From NCBI GenBank assembly GCA_963707655.1, contig OY970172.1, positions 384,001 through 448,000 on the forward strand: 64,000 nucleotides of DNA, read 5' to 3'. Under the pieces are notes generated by a model. The model was given only the letters and a program-made list of their open reading frames with translations, was not told the origin of the DNA and did no database searches. The DNA comes from an uncultured bacterium (GTDB taxonomy: Bacteria; Babelota; Babeliae; Babelales; Vermiphilaceae). The position numbers and the translations under genes were made by a program. This document shows, piece after piece, positions 38,862 through 49,800 of this stretch. The stretch's first letter is position 1. Every line of letters begins with the position of its first letter.

Positions 38862-40886
38862 TCAATTGAATGAGCAACCGCCTTTGAGCCAAATACCCCA
38901 CTCGGAGATATTGCTTCTTCTACAGCCATTATCACCGCACGATGAAAAACATGAGAAATTATTTCCCGCATTGGTAGCAACCGTGCACCCTGAACTATTG
39001 GCACATGGGGATGCGCCGCATTCTTTCTTATGGAGTGCAAACTCGGCCTTGCCACCTGCACCAAGATAAGGAGTGTAGCAGCCACAATTTTCCCATGTAT
39101 AACTTACATGAGTAAATATTTTGTTGGAAATACCGTGACCGCGACACCCTTGAACATCAACATTGGGCTCTCCCAGAAACAGTGATTGAATTGAGGTATT
39201 GGTTTGGTTGGTAGCAGGAACTCCGCCGGTGGTTACATTAAACAATGCATCATAAGGAGGTACGGCACCCGTTGCATTGCCATACGCATATTGAGGCAAA
39301 TCAATATTCGCATTTACCGATGTTGCTGCCGTTACTGTAGATCCAAGCGGTATATTGGTACCGGAGCAAATAGTTGCCATACTTTCTGTTGCCCCTAAAG
39401 CTATCGGATCATATAAGCCGCCGGTTGCATTGCCATTGTCAAAACCATAGACAGATGCATCACCTTTGAGCGCATACGTGGCGTTACCTTGTAGCAATGC
39501 AGTCGTGTTGCCGCATTGATTTATTCTTTCGCAACCGGTTACCCAGAAATTGTAACCGATATCCCAGGCAAGACTACAATGGGTATAATTAAGCATCGCA
39601 GTAAAATCAATCTGAATATCTTGGCTCACTTTTATATTTTGTGCCGTGATGTTTGCTGCCGGTACAAACACATTACTGAATTGATACACTGAAGGGGTAG
39701 GTGTTTCGCCCACGGGAGCAATATAGGGAGCGGCTCCCGTTGTTGATATGCCATTGCCTGAAAGATCATCTGTTGCAGGAATGTTCATTACTTGCGCAAG
39801 CATATATTTGCTATTGTCACCGGCGCCACACAAATCAAACACACGGAATTGGCGCGTTGCGAACAAGAGGGTTGCATCGGCATCAAAATAAAACCCAACA
39901 CTTCTGTTTAAATCGCAGTTGCGCCATAATGTGTAATGCGAAGTAAACTTACCACCCAGCTCCCAGTGATGGCCATTACCAACGAATGGCTGAAAAAGCA
40001 GCGTATCATTTACTCGAGAACCTGTTGGCGCCGCAGCAAGACCTCCCAAGCCAATATGATAATCTTCATCTTGCCAAAAGTTCCAGCCAAAAGAGAAACG
40101 TATATCAGAAAGCTGAATGGTGTGCGCCTCGCTGTTACATGATATTGAGCCATCAACAGTATTCGTAGTGCGACCACAAATTTTACCATTTTGTAACGGT
40201 TGAAAAGTAACGCCACCATTTAATGTAGGAACGTTGCCTTGTAAATATGAGACAAAGCTGCTGTTTAGATGAGCAACCGGCACTGCAGCAGGAGCAAAAT
40301 AACCGGCCGGATAATAAACAGTGCCCGGTTGTGCTTGCGCTTCATCCATGCGCAATTTCCACTTCGCATACACAACTGGTGCATGGATTCTGAACCAAAA
40401 GCCGCAGAGCCATTGATCAAGGCCAATAAAAAAATCAAAATCAACCAAGAAGTTTTGAATTTCCGGTTTTACGTATACGGTTGATTGGTAATCAAGCGGC
40501 AAGCCAAAATAGTCAGCCAATAAATCCCCTGCTTGACGGTCAACCGCCTGGCTACCCGACACGCGGAATGCAGCACCGTTGTCATTGCAGCCGCTGTTAC
40601 CATTAGTGCCAGTAGTAGTTATTCCGCTAGTAAGTGCGTTGCCAAACAATACGCGCGCTATGTGCCGACCATTAAAAGATTGCGTATATTCCGGTGTTAT
40701 TGCAAATGATCCATGAATGCCGTCAACATTATATAGATTGATATGATTGATCCAGCCAGATAATTCGCGTGCTGTATCAACACTCTGCGAGCGAATCCGC
40801 ACATCATTGGCCACGCTGATGGACGTGAATCCAAGTACGCTAAAAAGAGCGCTACGATATATACACTCTTTTAACATTTGTTTCAT
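38862..40886 (-). CDS. Secreted Cys-rich putative OMP, paralog 5
   Basis: Same motif set; ends GGCSFN. Confidence 0.9.
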   Translation of the reverse strand: MKQMLKECIYRSALFSVLGFTSISVANDVRIRSQSVDTARELSGWINHINLYNVDGIHGSFAITPEYTQSFNGRHIARVLFGNALTSGITTTGTNGNSGCNDNGAAFRVSGSQAVDRQAGDLLADYFGLPLDYQSTVYVKPEIQNFLVDFDFFIGLDQWLCGFWFRIHAPVVYAKWKLRMDEAQAQPGTVYYPAGYFAPAAVPVAHLNSSFVSYLQGNVPTLNGGVTFQPLQNGKICGRTTNTVDGSISCNSEAHTIQLSDIRFSFGWNFWQDEDYHIGLGGLAAAPTGSRVNDTLLFQPFVGNGHHWELGGKFTSHYTLWRNCDLNRSVGFYFDADATLLFATRQFRVFDLCGAGDNSKYMLAQVMNIPATDDLSGNGISTTGAAPYIAPVGETPTPSVYQFSNVFVPAANITAQNIKVSQDIQIDFTAMLNYTHCSLAWDIGYNFWVTGCERINQCGNTTALLQGNATYALKGDASVYGFDNGNATGGLYDPIALGATESMATICSGTNIPLGSTVTAATSVNANIDLPQYAYGNATGAVPPYDALFNVTTGGVPATNQTNTSIQSLFLGEPNVDVQGCRGHGISNKIFTHVSYTWENCGCYTPYLGAGGKAEFALHKKECGASPCANSSGCTVATNAGNNFSCFSSCGDNGCRRSNISEWGIWLKGGCSFN

Positions 40887-40923
40887 GATAATTGTTCCTC
40901 ATTGAATGAATAGTATTCGTTAA

Positions 40924-40952
40924 TAAAAAAGGCCCGGGAAAATTCCCGGGCC
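40924..40952 (-). terminator. Intrinsic terminator after paralog 6
   Basis: ggcccgggaa/ttcccgggcc 10-bp stem with a T7 run on the minus strand. Confidence 0.85.
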
Positions 40953-41000
40953 CTTAGTACTAGTTTTTGTTTGTGCAACAGGTTGATGCACTAACAAATA

Positions 41001-42998
41001 TTAATTAAAGGAGACGCCACCTTTAAGCCAAATACCCCACTCAGAGATATTTGTTCTTCTGCAATTGTTGTCATTGCATGAAGATGAGCATGAAGATGTG
41101 CTAACGATGTTGTTTGCAACAGTACAGCCTGAGCTGTTTGTGCATGAAGCACCGGTAACATTGCAGTTCTTCTTGTCGCTTGCAAATTCAGCTTTACCAC
41201 CCACGCCAAAGTATGGCACGTAGCAGTCATGGTCTTCCCAAGTGTAGCTCAAGTGAGTAAATACTTTGTTAGACATGCCTTTAGCTGTTGCGCTTGCTAC
41301 ATCAATATTAGCATTGCTTAACAATACTGATTGAATTGATGTATGTGTTTGATCAGCTGGAGCAGCAGCGCCAGAAGAGTTATACAATGGGGTAACACCA
41401 GCAGTATTATTTGCAAATTGTGCATTGTCAACACCAGCGTTGATCGATGTTGTTGGGGTTATCGCAGGTGTAACTCCTACTAGAATGTTTGTACCTGAAC
41501 AGATGGTAGCAGCACTTTCTGTTGCACCTAAAGCTATTGGGCCGGTAGGCGCTGCAGCGGTGAATCCGTATACAGATGCGTCACCTTTGAGTGCATAGGT
41601 TGTGTTGCCTGAGAACAATGCAGAAGTATTGCCACATTGTTTGATCTTTTCACAGCTGGTCATCCAGAAGTTGTAACCAAGATCCCATGCAAAGCCACAG
41701 TGTGTATAGTTAAACATAGCGCTCAAGTCAACTTGAACGTTTTGGCTAACTTTTACATTTTGTGTTGCAAGGTTAGCAATCGGGGTAAACACGCCATCAA
41801 ATTGGTAGGTTGAAGCAGTAAGACCAGGAGCTGGAGTTATTGCTGTAGCACCAAAGAGACCTACAGAAGGAGTTAACAATGATTCAGCTAACATATATTT
41901 GCTGTTGTCACCAGCGCCGCACAAGTCAAATGAGCGGAATTGGCGAGTTGCAAACAAGTGTGTTACATCGATATCAAGGTAGAAACCAAAGCTTCTATCG
42001 TAATCGCAGCTTCTCCAGAAAGTATAGTGGGAAGTAAACTTACCACCTAATTCCCAGTGATGACCGTTACCAACGAATGGTTGGAAAAGGAATGTATCAT
42101 TTACACGGTTACCGGTTGGCGCAGCGGCAAGAATGCCTAAGCCAACATGGTAATCTTCATCTTGCCAGAAGTTCCAGCCCAATGCAAAGCGGATGTCTGA
42201 AAGACGGGTTGTGTGTGCACCGCTGTTGCATGAGTTTGAACAGCAACCATTGGTTGTTGTTGAGGTGCTTACATTGCCAGAACCACAGAGTTTATCATAT
42301 TTTAATGGTGCGAAAGTAACGCCACCATTTAAGGTAGGAACATTACCTTGCAAGTATGATACAAAGCTGGTGTTCAAGTCAGCAACTGGTACTGCAGCAG
42401 GGGCGAAATACCCAGCTGGGTAAGCAGCAGCAGCGGTTACTGATTGCACTTCATCCATACGCAATTTCCATTTTGCATAAACAACTGGCGCGTGGATTCT
42501 GAACCAGAGACCACAAAGCCATTCATCAAGGCCAATGAAGAAATCAAAGTCAACCAAGAAGTTTTGAATTTCTGGTCTAACAGTTACGGTTGATTGGTAG
42601 TCAGTCGGCAAACCAAAATAGTCAGCTAACAAGTCGCCAGCTACACGGCCGGTTGCTGTGCTACCAGACACTCTGAATGAAGCAGAATTGTCATTGCAGC
42701 CGCTGTTGCAGTTACCGTTGGTAGTTGTTGATGAATTGTTGGTAATTGCATTACCGAACAATGAACGCGCTATTTGGCGACCATGGAAAGATTGTGTGTA
42801 CTCAGGTGTTATAGCGAATGATCCGTAGATACCGCCCATGTCATATAAATTAACATGATTGGTCCAGCCAGATAATTCACGTGCTGTGTCAACGCTTTGC
42901 GAACGGATTCTTACGTCATTGGCAACTGTTGTGCCAGTGAATCCGATTACGCTAAAAAGAGCGCATAGGCTTAAATATCCTTTTAGCATTTGTTTCAT
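41001..42998 (-). CDS. Secreted Cys-rich putative OMP, paralog 6 (first in transcription order)
   Basis: Same motif set; AAGGAG 8 nt before ATG 42998. Confidence 0.9.
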   Translation of the reverse strand: MKQMLKGYLSLCALFSVIGFTGTTVANDVRIRSQSVDTARELSGWTNHVNLYDMGGIYGSFAITPEYTQSFHGRQIARSLFGNAITNNSSTTTNGNCNSGCNDNSASFRVSGSTATGRVAGDLLADYFGLPTDYQSTVTVRPEIQNFLVDFDFFIGLDEWLCGLWFRIHAPVVYAKWKLRMDEVQSVTAAAAYPAGYFAPAAVPVADLNTSFVSYLQGNVPTLNGGVTFAPLKYDKLCGSGNVSTSTTTNGCCSNSCNSGAHTTRLSDIRFALGWNFWQDEDYHVGLGILAAAPTGNRVNDTFLFQPFVGNGHHWELGGKFTSHYTFWRSCDYDRSFGFYLDIDVTHLFATRQFRSFDLCGAGDNSKYMLAESLLTPSVGLFGATAITPAPGLTASTYQFDGVFTPIANLATQNVKVSQNVQVDLSAMFNYTHCGFAWDLGYNFWMTSCEKIKQCGNTSALFSGNTTYALKGDASVYGFTAAAPTGPIALGATESAATICSGTNILVGVTPAITPTTSINAGVDNAQFANNTAGVTPLYNSSGAAAPADQTHTSIQSVLLSNANIDVASATAKGMSNKVFTHLSYTWEDHDCYVPYFGVGGKAEFASDKKNCNVTGASCTNSSGCTVANNIVSTSSCSSSCNDNNCRRTNISEWGIWLKGGVSFN

Positions 42999-43602
42999 AA
43001 TAACCACTCCTTAGAATTGTTTTGCATTACAGTGTACGATTGCCTCCACTTTTTCTACTTTGCCACAACGCTTTATCGGCGAATGGCGAAGTATTTTTTC
43101 GGAAAACTCGCGCTCAGCAACAGCTTTTTAATCTGCGCAGGTGCGAATATGTATTGTTTTGCTGATCTGTTTTCTCCTTTCGTTTACTTTAATCATTACT
43201 CTATACAGTTTCATTGTCTGATGTCTAGGGTTGAGTGATAAAATGCATTGCCACTCTATTAATGAATAGGCGTATTAATGCTGGAATAGGCGAGTATTGT
43301 TTAGGAGAATTGGCGTATAAGGTTGAATAGAATAGATGTTTGGATTGATGCTTCATTGTTCAACTCCTTAAAACAATCTTGGTTTGCTACTTCACACAAT
43401 AACAAAATCTTACACATTGATAGGATGAAGTCAACAAGTTGTTCTTACCGCTCAATATGCCGATGTAGCATTTACTTTTTATCGACTAATCTGCGCAGTG
43501 TAATTATTATAATATGATGATATTTTTATTGTAAAGTAAAATTACAAAGATGATTGATGTAGCCGTTGTTAACAAGATTTTTTTATTATAAAAGAGGGAT
43601 CC

Positions 43603-44415
43603 ATGCTCTTTCTGTACCTCTATATTTTTGCACAGATTTTCCTGGAGAGTTTTCCGATTAGTTCCTCGGGACATAGTGCATTGTTGCAACAATGGTATTC
43701 TTTTTTATATCCATCATTTCAAAACCCGCTTTTATCATCTCTATGCACGGGCACCACAATACATCAAGATGTTTTTGATGCGCTGCTGCATGGCCCTACT
43801 CTGCTTATTTTATTCTTTTTTTTCTTTCATCGTTGGTTTTTTCTGTTACGGCATCCGGTGCGATGTCGCTTCATTATAGCAAAATTGATTCTCTACATTT
43901 TTATATCAACAAGCATTGCACTCTTCTTTTATTTTGTTGTGCAGATTCAACACTACCGCCTGCCTTTGGGCATCGGTTTTTTTATAACCGCCTGCGCAGC
44001 ATTGTCTACGCGATGGACCAAAACAGGAACCGGCTCACTCACCCTCTCTTCTTCTTTTATTATAGGCATGGCACAGGCAGTTGCGTTATTGCCGGGCATT
44101 TCTCGACTGGGAACCACCTATGCGGTATCGCGATGGCTCGGCATATCAAGCAGGCGCTCATTTGAAATATCTTTCTTAATGCAAGCTCCTTTAATAGCCG
44201 CCGCGTGTGGAAAAAGCATACTAACCCTGAGCTCCGCCCATCTTCTTGGCAAACTATTGAATTTACCGCTCCTCTTGATTATTATGATCTCGACGGTGGC
44301 AGCATGGTATGGATTACGAGCAAGCTTTTATAGCGCGAATCATGGTTATTGGTGGTACTTTGCTCTGTATATGTTGGCCCCGTTGATCTCTTGGCTGATA
44401 ATTGTATCGCTATAA
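43603..44415 (+). CDS. uppP: Undecaprenyl-diphosphate phosphatase
   Basis: ESFPISSSGH, AQAVALLPGISRLGTT, FEISFLM. Confidence 0.92.
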   Translation: MLFLYLYIFAQIFLESFPISSSGHSALLQQWYSFLYPSFQNPLLSSLCTGTTIHQDVFDALLHGPTLLILFFFFFHRWFFLLRHPVRCRFIIAKLILYIFISTSIALFFYFVVQIQHYRLPLGIGFFITACAALSTRWTKTGTGSLTLSSSFIIGMAQAVALLPGISRLGTTYAVSRWLGISSRRSFEISFLMQAPLIAAACGKSILTLSSAHLLGKLLNLPLLLIIMISTVAAWYGLRASFYSANHGYWWYFALYMLAPLISWLIIVSL

Positions 44416-44437
44416 TGAAACTAAAAAAGGGGGAACA

Positions 44438-46764
44438 ATGCTATACAAAAAAAGAATGGCTGCATCATTCGCGCACCATTATTATCATTATTTCACATTA
44501 ATTCTGATTGTTCTTTTTCTTTTTTTATTACCGGATCTTTACTCACCTACCACGCCTACGATAGCAGCAGCTGGTTTTATTCTACTGCCGCGCAGCACCA
44601 TGCGCGCCATAATATTTTTGGTGCGGCCGGCGCTGAGTGCGCCGCTTTGTTGTGGTATCTTTTTGGCGGGGCTGCCGTTATTATCCCCGGCATGATCATT
44701 TTTTATCTCCGCTGCGCCATACAGAGAATACCGCTCTCATCTGAATATGATCGCTGTGGTGGCTGGTTGCTTTTGCTTATCGGCGCCTGCTCTTTATCAT
44801 CACTCTATCAATATGATCTTATTGCGCATATCACTCCCGGCGGATTATTGGGCCACTATACCGCATCATTGTTAGTGCGCTGCTTTGATCTGCTTGGTGC
44901 TTTTATTTTTTCATATGTGTTGATGAGTATAGCGCTGGTGCTACTCTGCCATTTTATTCTATTTTATCTCTGGCACGCGCTGTTATGGTGCGTTCATCTG
45001 ATATCTTCCAAAGAGCGTTTTTGGACGCCGCTCTATTCTGCCATTTCTTGTTACGCATCTTTGTTTGCGCGCGCGATGCATAAAGCTTCTTCATATATAT
45101 ATACTACTCTGAGCGGTAGCGTAATTAAAGATAACTATTTTCAGCTTACCGAGACTGACTTTGAAGAGATTTTTGTCGCCGATGCACATGAAGAAGATTT
45201 TTGGCTGCAGTTTATGAATACGCCGGCAAAGCCGGCCACTAGTGATCATAAAGAAACCGTGCGCCATACTGCCAATATCAGTTTTCAGCCCGCACAGACA
45301 GAGATAAAAAAAGATGCCGAACAGATAGTTGAGCAAACTCAAACGCTGCATAAAGCAATAGAACCGAACTCGCGCCCCGAGGTCTCCTATGCTTTACCCA
45401 CCATTGATATTTTTATTAATAAAAAAGATGAACAAGACGACCCTCAAATGGTAAAAGATCTTGAAAAGCGTGCCTTAATTTTACAAGAAAAATTAGAACG
45501 CTTTGGTGTATATGGATCAGTCACCGCTATTAAACGGGGCCCGGTGGTTACTTTGTTTGAATATCAACCCGCTATTGATTCAAAGATTAGCAAAATTATT
45601 GCGCTTGAAGATGATTTGGCACTTGCATTGCAAGCATTGAGTATTCGCATTATTGCCCCTATTCCGGGCAAATCGGTAGTTGGTTTTGAAGTTGCCAACA
45701 GCGTCGGCAAAAAAGTGAGCTTTGCCAAAATTATTACCTCTGCCGCGTATCAAAAATTTTCTGGTGCACTGCCATTATTGCTCGGTGAAGATACAATTGG
45801 GGCCGATGTGGTTGTTGACCTTGCTCGTATGCCTCATTTATTAATTGCCGGCTCTACCGGATCGGGCAAATCGGTAGCACTCAATGGCATGCTTACCTCT
45901 TTGCTGTGCGGCATGGCCCCTGATGAGTTGCGCCTTATACTGATCGACCCCAAACGTCTGGAATTTGCTCCTTATGCTGATATTGCGCATCTTATTTTTC
46001 CTATTATTACCGATCCTAAAAAAGCAGCTCCGGTTTTGCGCTTTGTGATTAAAGAAATGGAAGAGCGTTATGAGCGCATGGCAAAACTCAATGCCCGCAA
46101 TATTTTTGATTATCATGCCGCAGTAGGAAGCGTAAGCGCCATGCCGTTTATGGTAATAGTCATTGATGAACTTGCTGATTTGATGATGACCGCCGGAAAA
46201 GAAATTGAATTTCTTATTACCCGCATCACTCAAATGGCACGCGCCGCCGGCATTCACATGATGGTGGCTACGCAGCGCCCTTCCGTTGATGTAATTACCG
46301 GCTTGATTAAAGTTAATTTCCCCAGCCGCATCTCTTTTAGGGTGACTTCAAAAATCGATTCGCGCACTATTCTAGATAGCGGCGGCGCTGACAAATTATT
46401 GGGCCGCGGCGATATGCTCTTTTTAGATTCAACATCGGCAATGATCAGACGCGTGCATGGCGCTTTTGTTTCTGACCAGGAAATAGCAAAAGTTGTTGGC
46501 CATATTCGCGCACAACAAGCGGTATCGTATCTTGAGCTTCCTTCAGAATCAAACCAAGACGCGCATTCTTTGGAAGATGCTGATGATCAACTGTATCAGG
46601 AAGTGCTTGGTTTTTTAAAAACGGTTGATGAAATTTCAATTTCTCTCCTTCAGCGCAAATTCAGAATCGGCTTCAATCGCTCTGCCCGCATTATCGATAT
46701 GCTTGAAGCGCAGGGATTAATTTTACCCGGCCATGGAGGCAAAACAAGAAAAGTAATTCATTGA
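44438..46764 (+). CDS. ftsK: DNA translocase FtsK, with an apparent 1-nt frameshift near 44520-44526
   Basis: PHLLIAGSTGSGKS, IDPK, ATQRPSVDV, gamma domain SLLQRKFRIGFNRSAR; the N-terminal TM motif (SLLTY..D.SW..N.FG..GA) continues upstream of 44647 in frame, while ATG 44438 is in another frame. Confidence 0.92.
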
Positions 46765-46888
46765 AAATTAAAATTATGATCTGATCGACCCACAGAAGAA
46801 GCAATCGCTTTTCTCTTGTAATTACAAAAAAAATATATGAGTATTAATTCAAAATAAGAATGAAAAGCACCCAAAAAAAAGGAAAAGT

Positions 46889-49800
46889 ATGAATAATGTA
46901 ATGCGTGTTGTTTTAATGAGTATTGTACTGCTTTCTGTGAGCATCGCTGCGCCGGATCAGATTGCGTCGCAAGGCACACAAGAAAATCAGATTATCCTAC
47001 CGGCCGGCACGGTGCAGGCTCTTGCACAATTATCTGAAATTATTAAATCTGACCCAACAAGAACAATGCCACGCTCACTTGAATTGTTGAATCAGAGTGC
47101 TGTTTTGCAAGATGCAGCAACGCTGAACAGCTGCTTGCAAGAGGTCCGTGTAAGTATTGATGACATGCTTGACAATCAGCACTATGATGCTGCACTTAAA
47201 ATAACACTCATACGCATAAAAAATATCATCATCGCGCATGAGCTAGCGCTGAACATACAAGAAATAGATGAAACCGACCTAGATGAAGAAAGCACTCGTG
47301 TGCGCCCATACGGCACACCGGCGCTCTTTTATGGTCCGGTAGTTATTGATGACCCGACAGGAAATCCGGCATTATTGGTTGACGGACCAACGAGCTTGAG
47401 CGAACTGGCCGCAGGTGTTATTACGGCGCAAACCATTAATGTTGATATAGCTTCATTTACCGATCTTACTGTTGATAATTTAACCGTGGTAGATTCATTG
47501 ACTTTAGAATATACAACGCCAGGAGATTTTCTTTATGTAAGTCCTAATGGACAAATTGTTTCACGAAACGTAATTCCCGGCTCCGGTATTCAATCGGTCA
47601 ACAGCGGCGTTAATATTTTTGTTAACAACACATCACCCACGGCACCAATAGTGAATGTTGCTGGCACTACGCCTCTTGCGGTACAAATTGGCAATGCCAC
47701 AAATGGTGGATTGCAATCATTATCATTTGGCACAAGTGGTCAAGTATTAACATCTAATGGCGCGGGAAGTTCTCCATCATGGCAAGCAGCCCCTGCTTCA
47801 AGTATTACCATTACCGGCGATACGGGAGGCGCATTAACCGGAGACAGCTTCACCTTTACCGGCGGCACAACCGGATTAAAATTTAATGGCGGCGGCACAA
47901 CAGAAACCTTAGGTGGTACATTAGCTGTTGCCAATGGCGGTACCGGTGCGACGAGCTTTGGCACAATCGATGGTACCGTATATTATAACGGAACCAATCT
48001 TACGACCACCGCTACGGGAGCCACCGGACAAGTTCTTACTTCCAACGGTACTGGCGCTGCGCCGACATATCAATCAATCAGCGCTATCGGCGCCGTCACT
48101 TCAGTAAACGCCGGGACAGGCATTGACATTACCGGCACGGCCACTGCGCCGATCGTAAATCTTATAACACCGGTGAGTATCGCCAATGGCGGTACCGGTG
48201 CTACGAGCCTTGCTGCCAACGGTATTATTATTTCAAACGCGGGGGGCACTGCGCTCACTTCGCAACAATTAACCAACGGACAACTCTTGATTGGCAATAG
48301 CGGAAATGCTCCATCTGCTGCTCAATTGACTGCCGGAACCGGTATAGTTATTAGCAACGGGGCAGGAAGCATATCAATTAGTGCAAATGGCGGCGGCACA
48401 GTGCCAAATACATTTGTCACCCCTAATGGGACTGCAACACCGGCCGGCGGTGTCATCAATATTAACGGCTCCCCATCGCAAGGTATTACTACCTCTGGCG
48501 CCGGTAATACGGTAACTATCAACGCAACCAATGCAAGCGCTACTGCTAAGGGTGTCGCTTCATTTAGTGCAACAAATTTTACGGTAACCGGCGGCAATGT
48601 GGCCTCAAACAATTTCTCTATTAATCCGGGCACCGGCTTGACCGGTGGCGGCTCATTGACTTTGGGCGGATCAACCACTATCTCATTATCTACGCCGGTT
48701 TCTGTTACCAATGGTGGTACCGGATTATCAACACTCACCGCACATAACGTGCTTCTTGGTGAAGGCACTGCAAATGTTGGCTTTGCGACACCAACGACTA
48801 CTACGGGCATTCCATTAGTATCCACCGGCCCGACTAGTGACCCTGCATTTGGTACTGCATCGGTACAAGGCGGCGGCACCGGATCAACAAGTTTTACCGC
48901 CAATGCACCGGTTATTGCCGGCGCTACTGCAACAAGCGCTCTTACTACTGCAACAACCGGCATAGCTAATAGTGGCTATGTATTTACCAGCACCGGTTCA
49001 TCATCCGCGCCCACATGGCAACCGATCAGTGCAGCCGGCGCAGTAACTTCGGTCAAGGCCGGCAACAATATATCAGTTACCGCCGGAACATCTCCTATCG
49101 TAAGCGTTGCCGGAACAACAACCAATGCGGTGCAAATCGGTAATGCTACAGGATCGTTAACATCACTTGCCGTTGGCACTAATGGCCAGGTATTGCTGGG
49201 CGCTTCCGGGGCTGCGCCTGCGTTCGCAAATCTTACCTCCACTAGTGGCACCCTTGCGTTCACCACCGGGGCAAATAGTCTAAGCATTGACGTTAATGCA
49301 CCACTTCCTATTGCCTATGGGGGCACCAATGCAACGTCAATGACCAATACGGATGGCGTTGTCTATTTTGATGGAACACTATTGAATACCACCACCGTGG
49401 GGACCTCAGGACAAGTATTAACATCACAAGGCGCAGGAATGCCACCAACATTTCAATCAATGCCGGCATCAAGTTCAGCCGATGTTCCCAATACATTGGT
49501 ATTGCGCGATGGCAGCGGTGATTTTGCCACCAACATGATTACTATTGACGGCACACCCTCAGCATCAACCGATGTCGCTACCGTTGCGTATGTGCTGGCA
49601 CATGAAAGTACCGGCCTGGTTGTGCATTCTCCAGCCGTGCTCGTGGGCACCGTCGATGAACCCATTGCCGGACCGGCAACTATTGATGGTTCACCGGTCG
49701 TTTCAGGAGAGCGCATATTGCTGGTTGATCAGACCACCTCAACGCAAAACGGATTATGGCTCGCCGCAGTAGGAGCAGGAAGTCCGTGGAGCAGACCAGA

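Noticed and set aside
44402..44695. Separate 97-aa gene before ftsK
   Set aside because: Better explained as the frameshifted ftsK N-terminus
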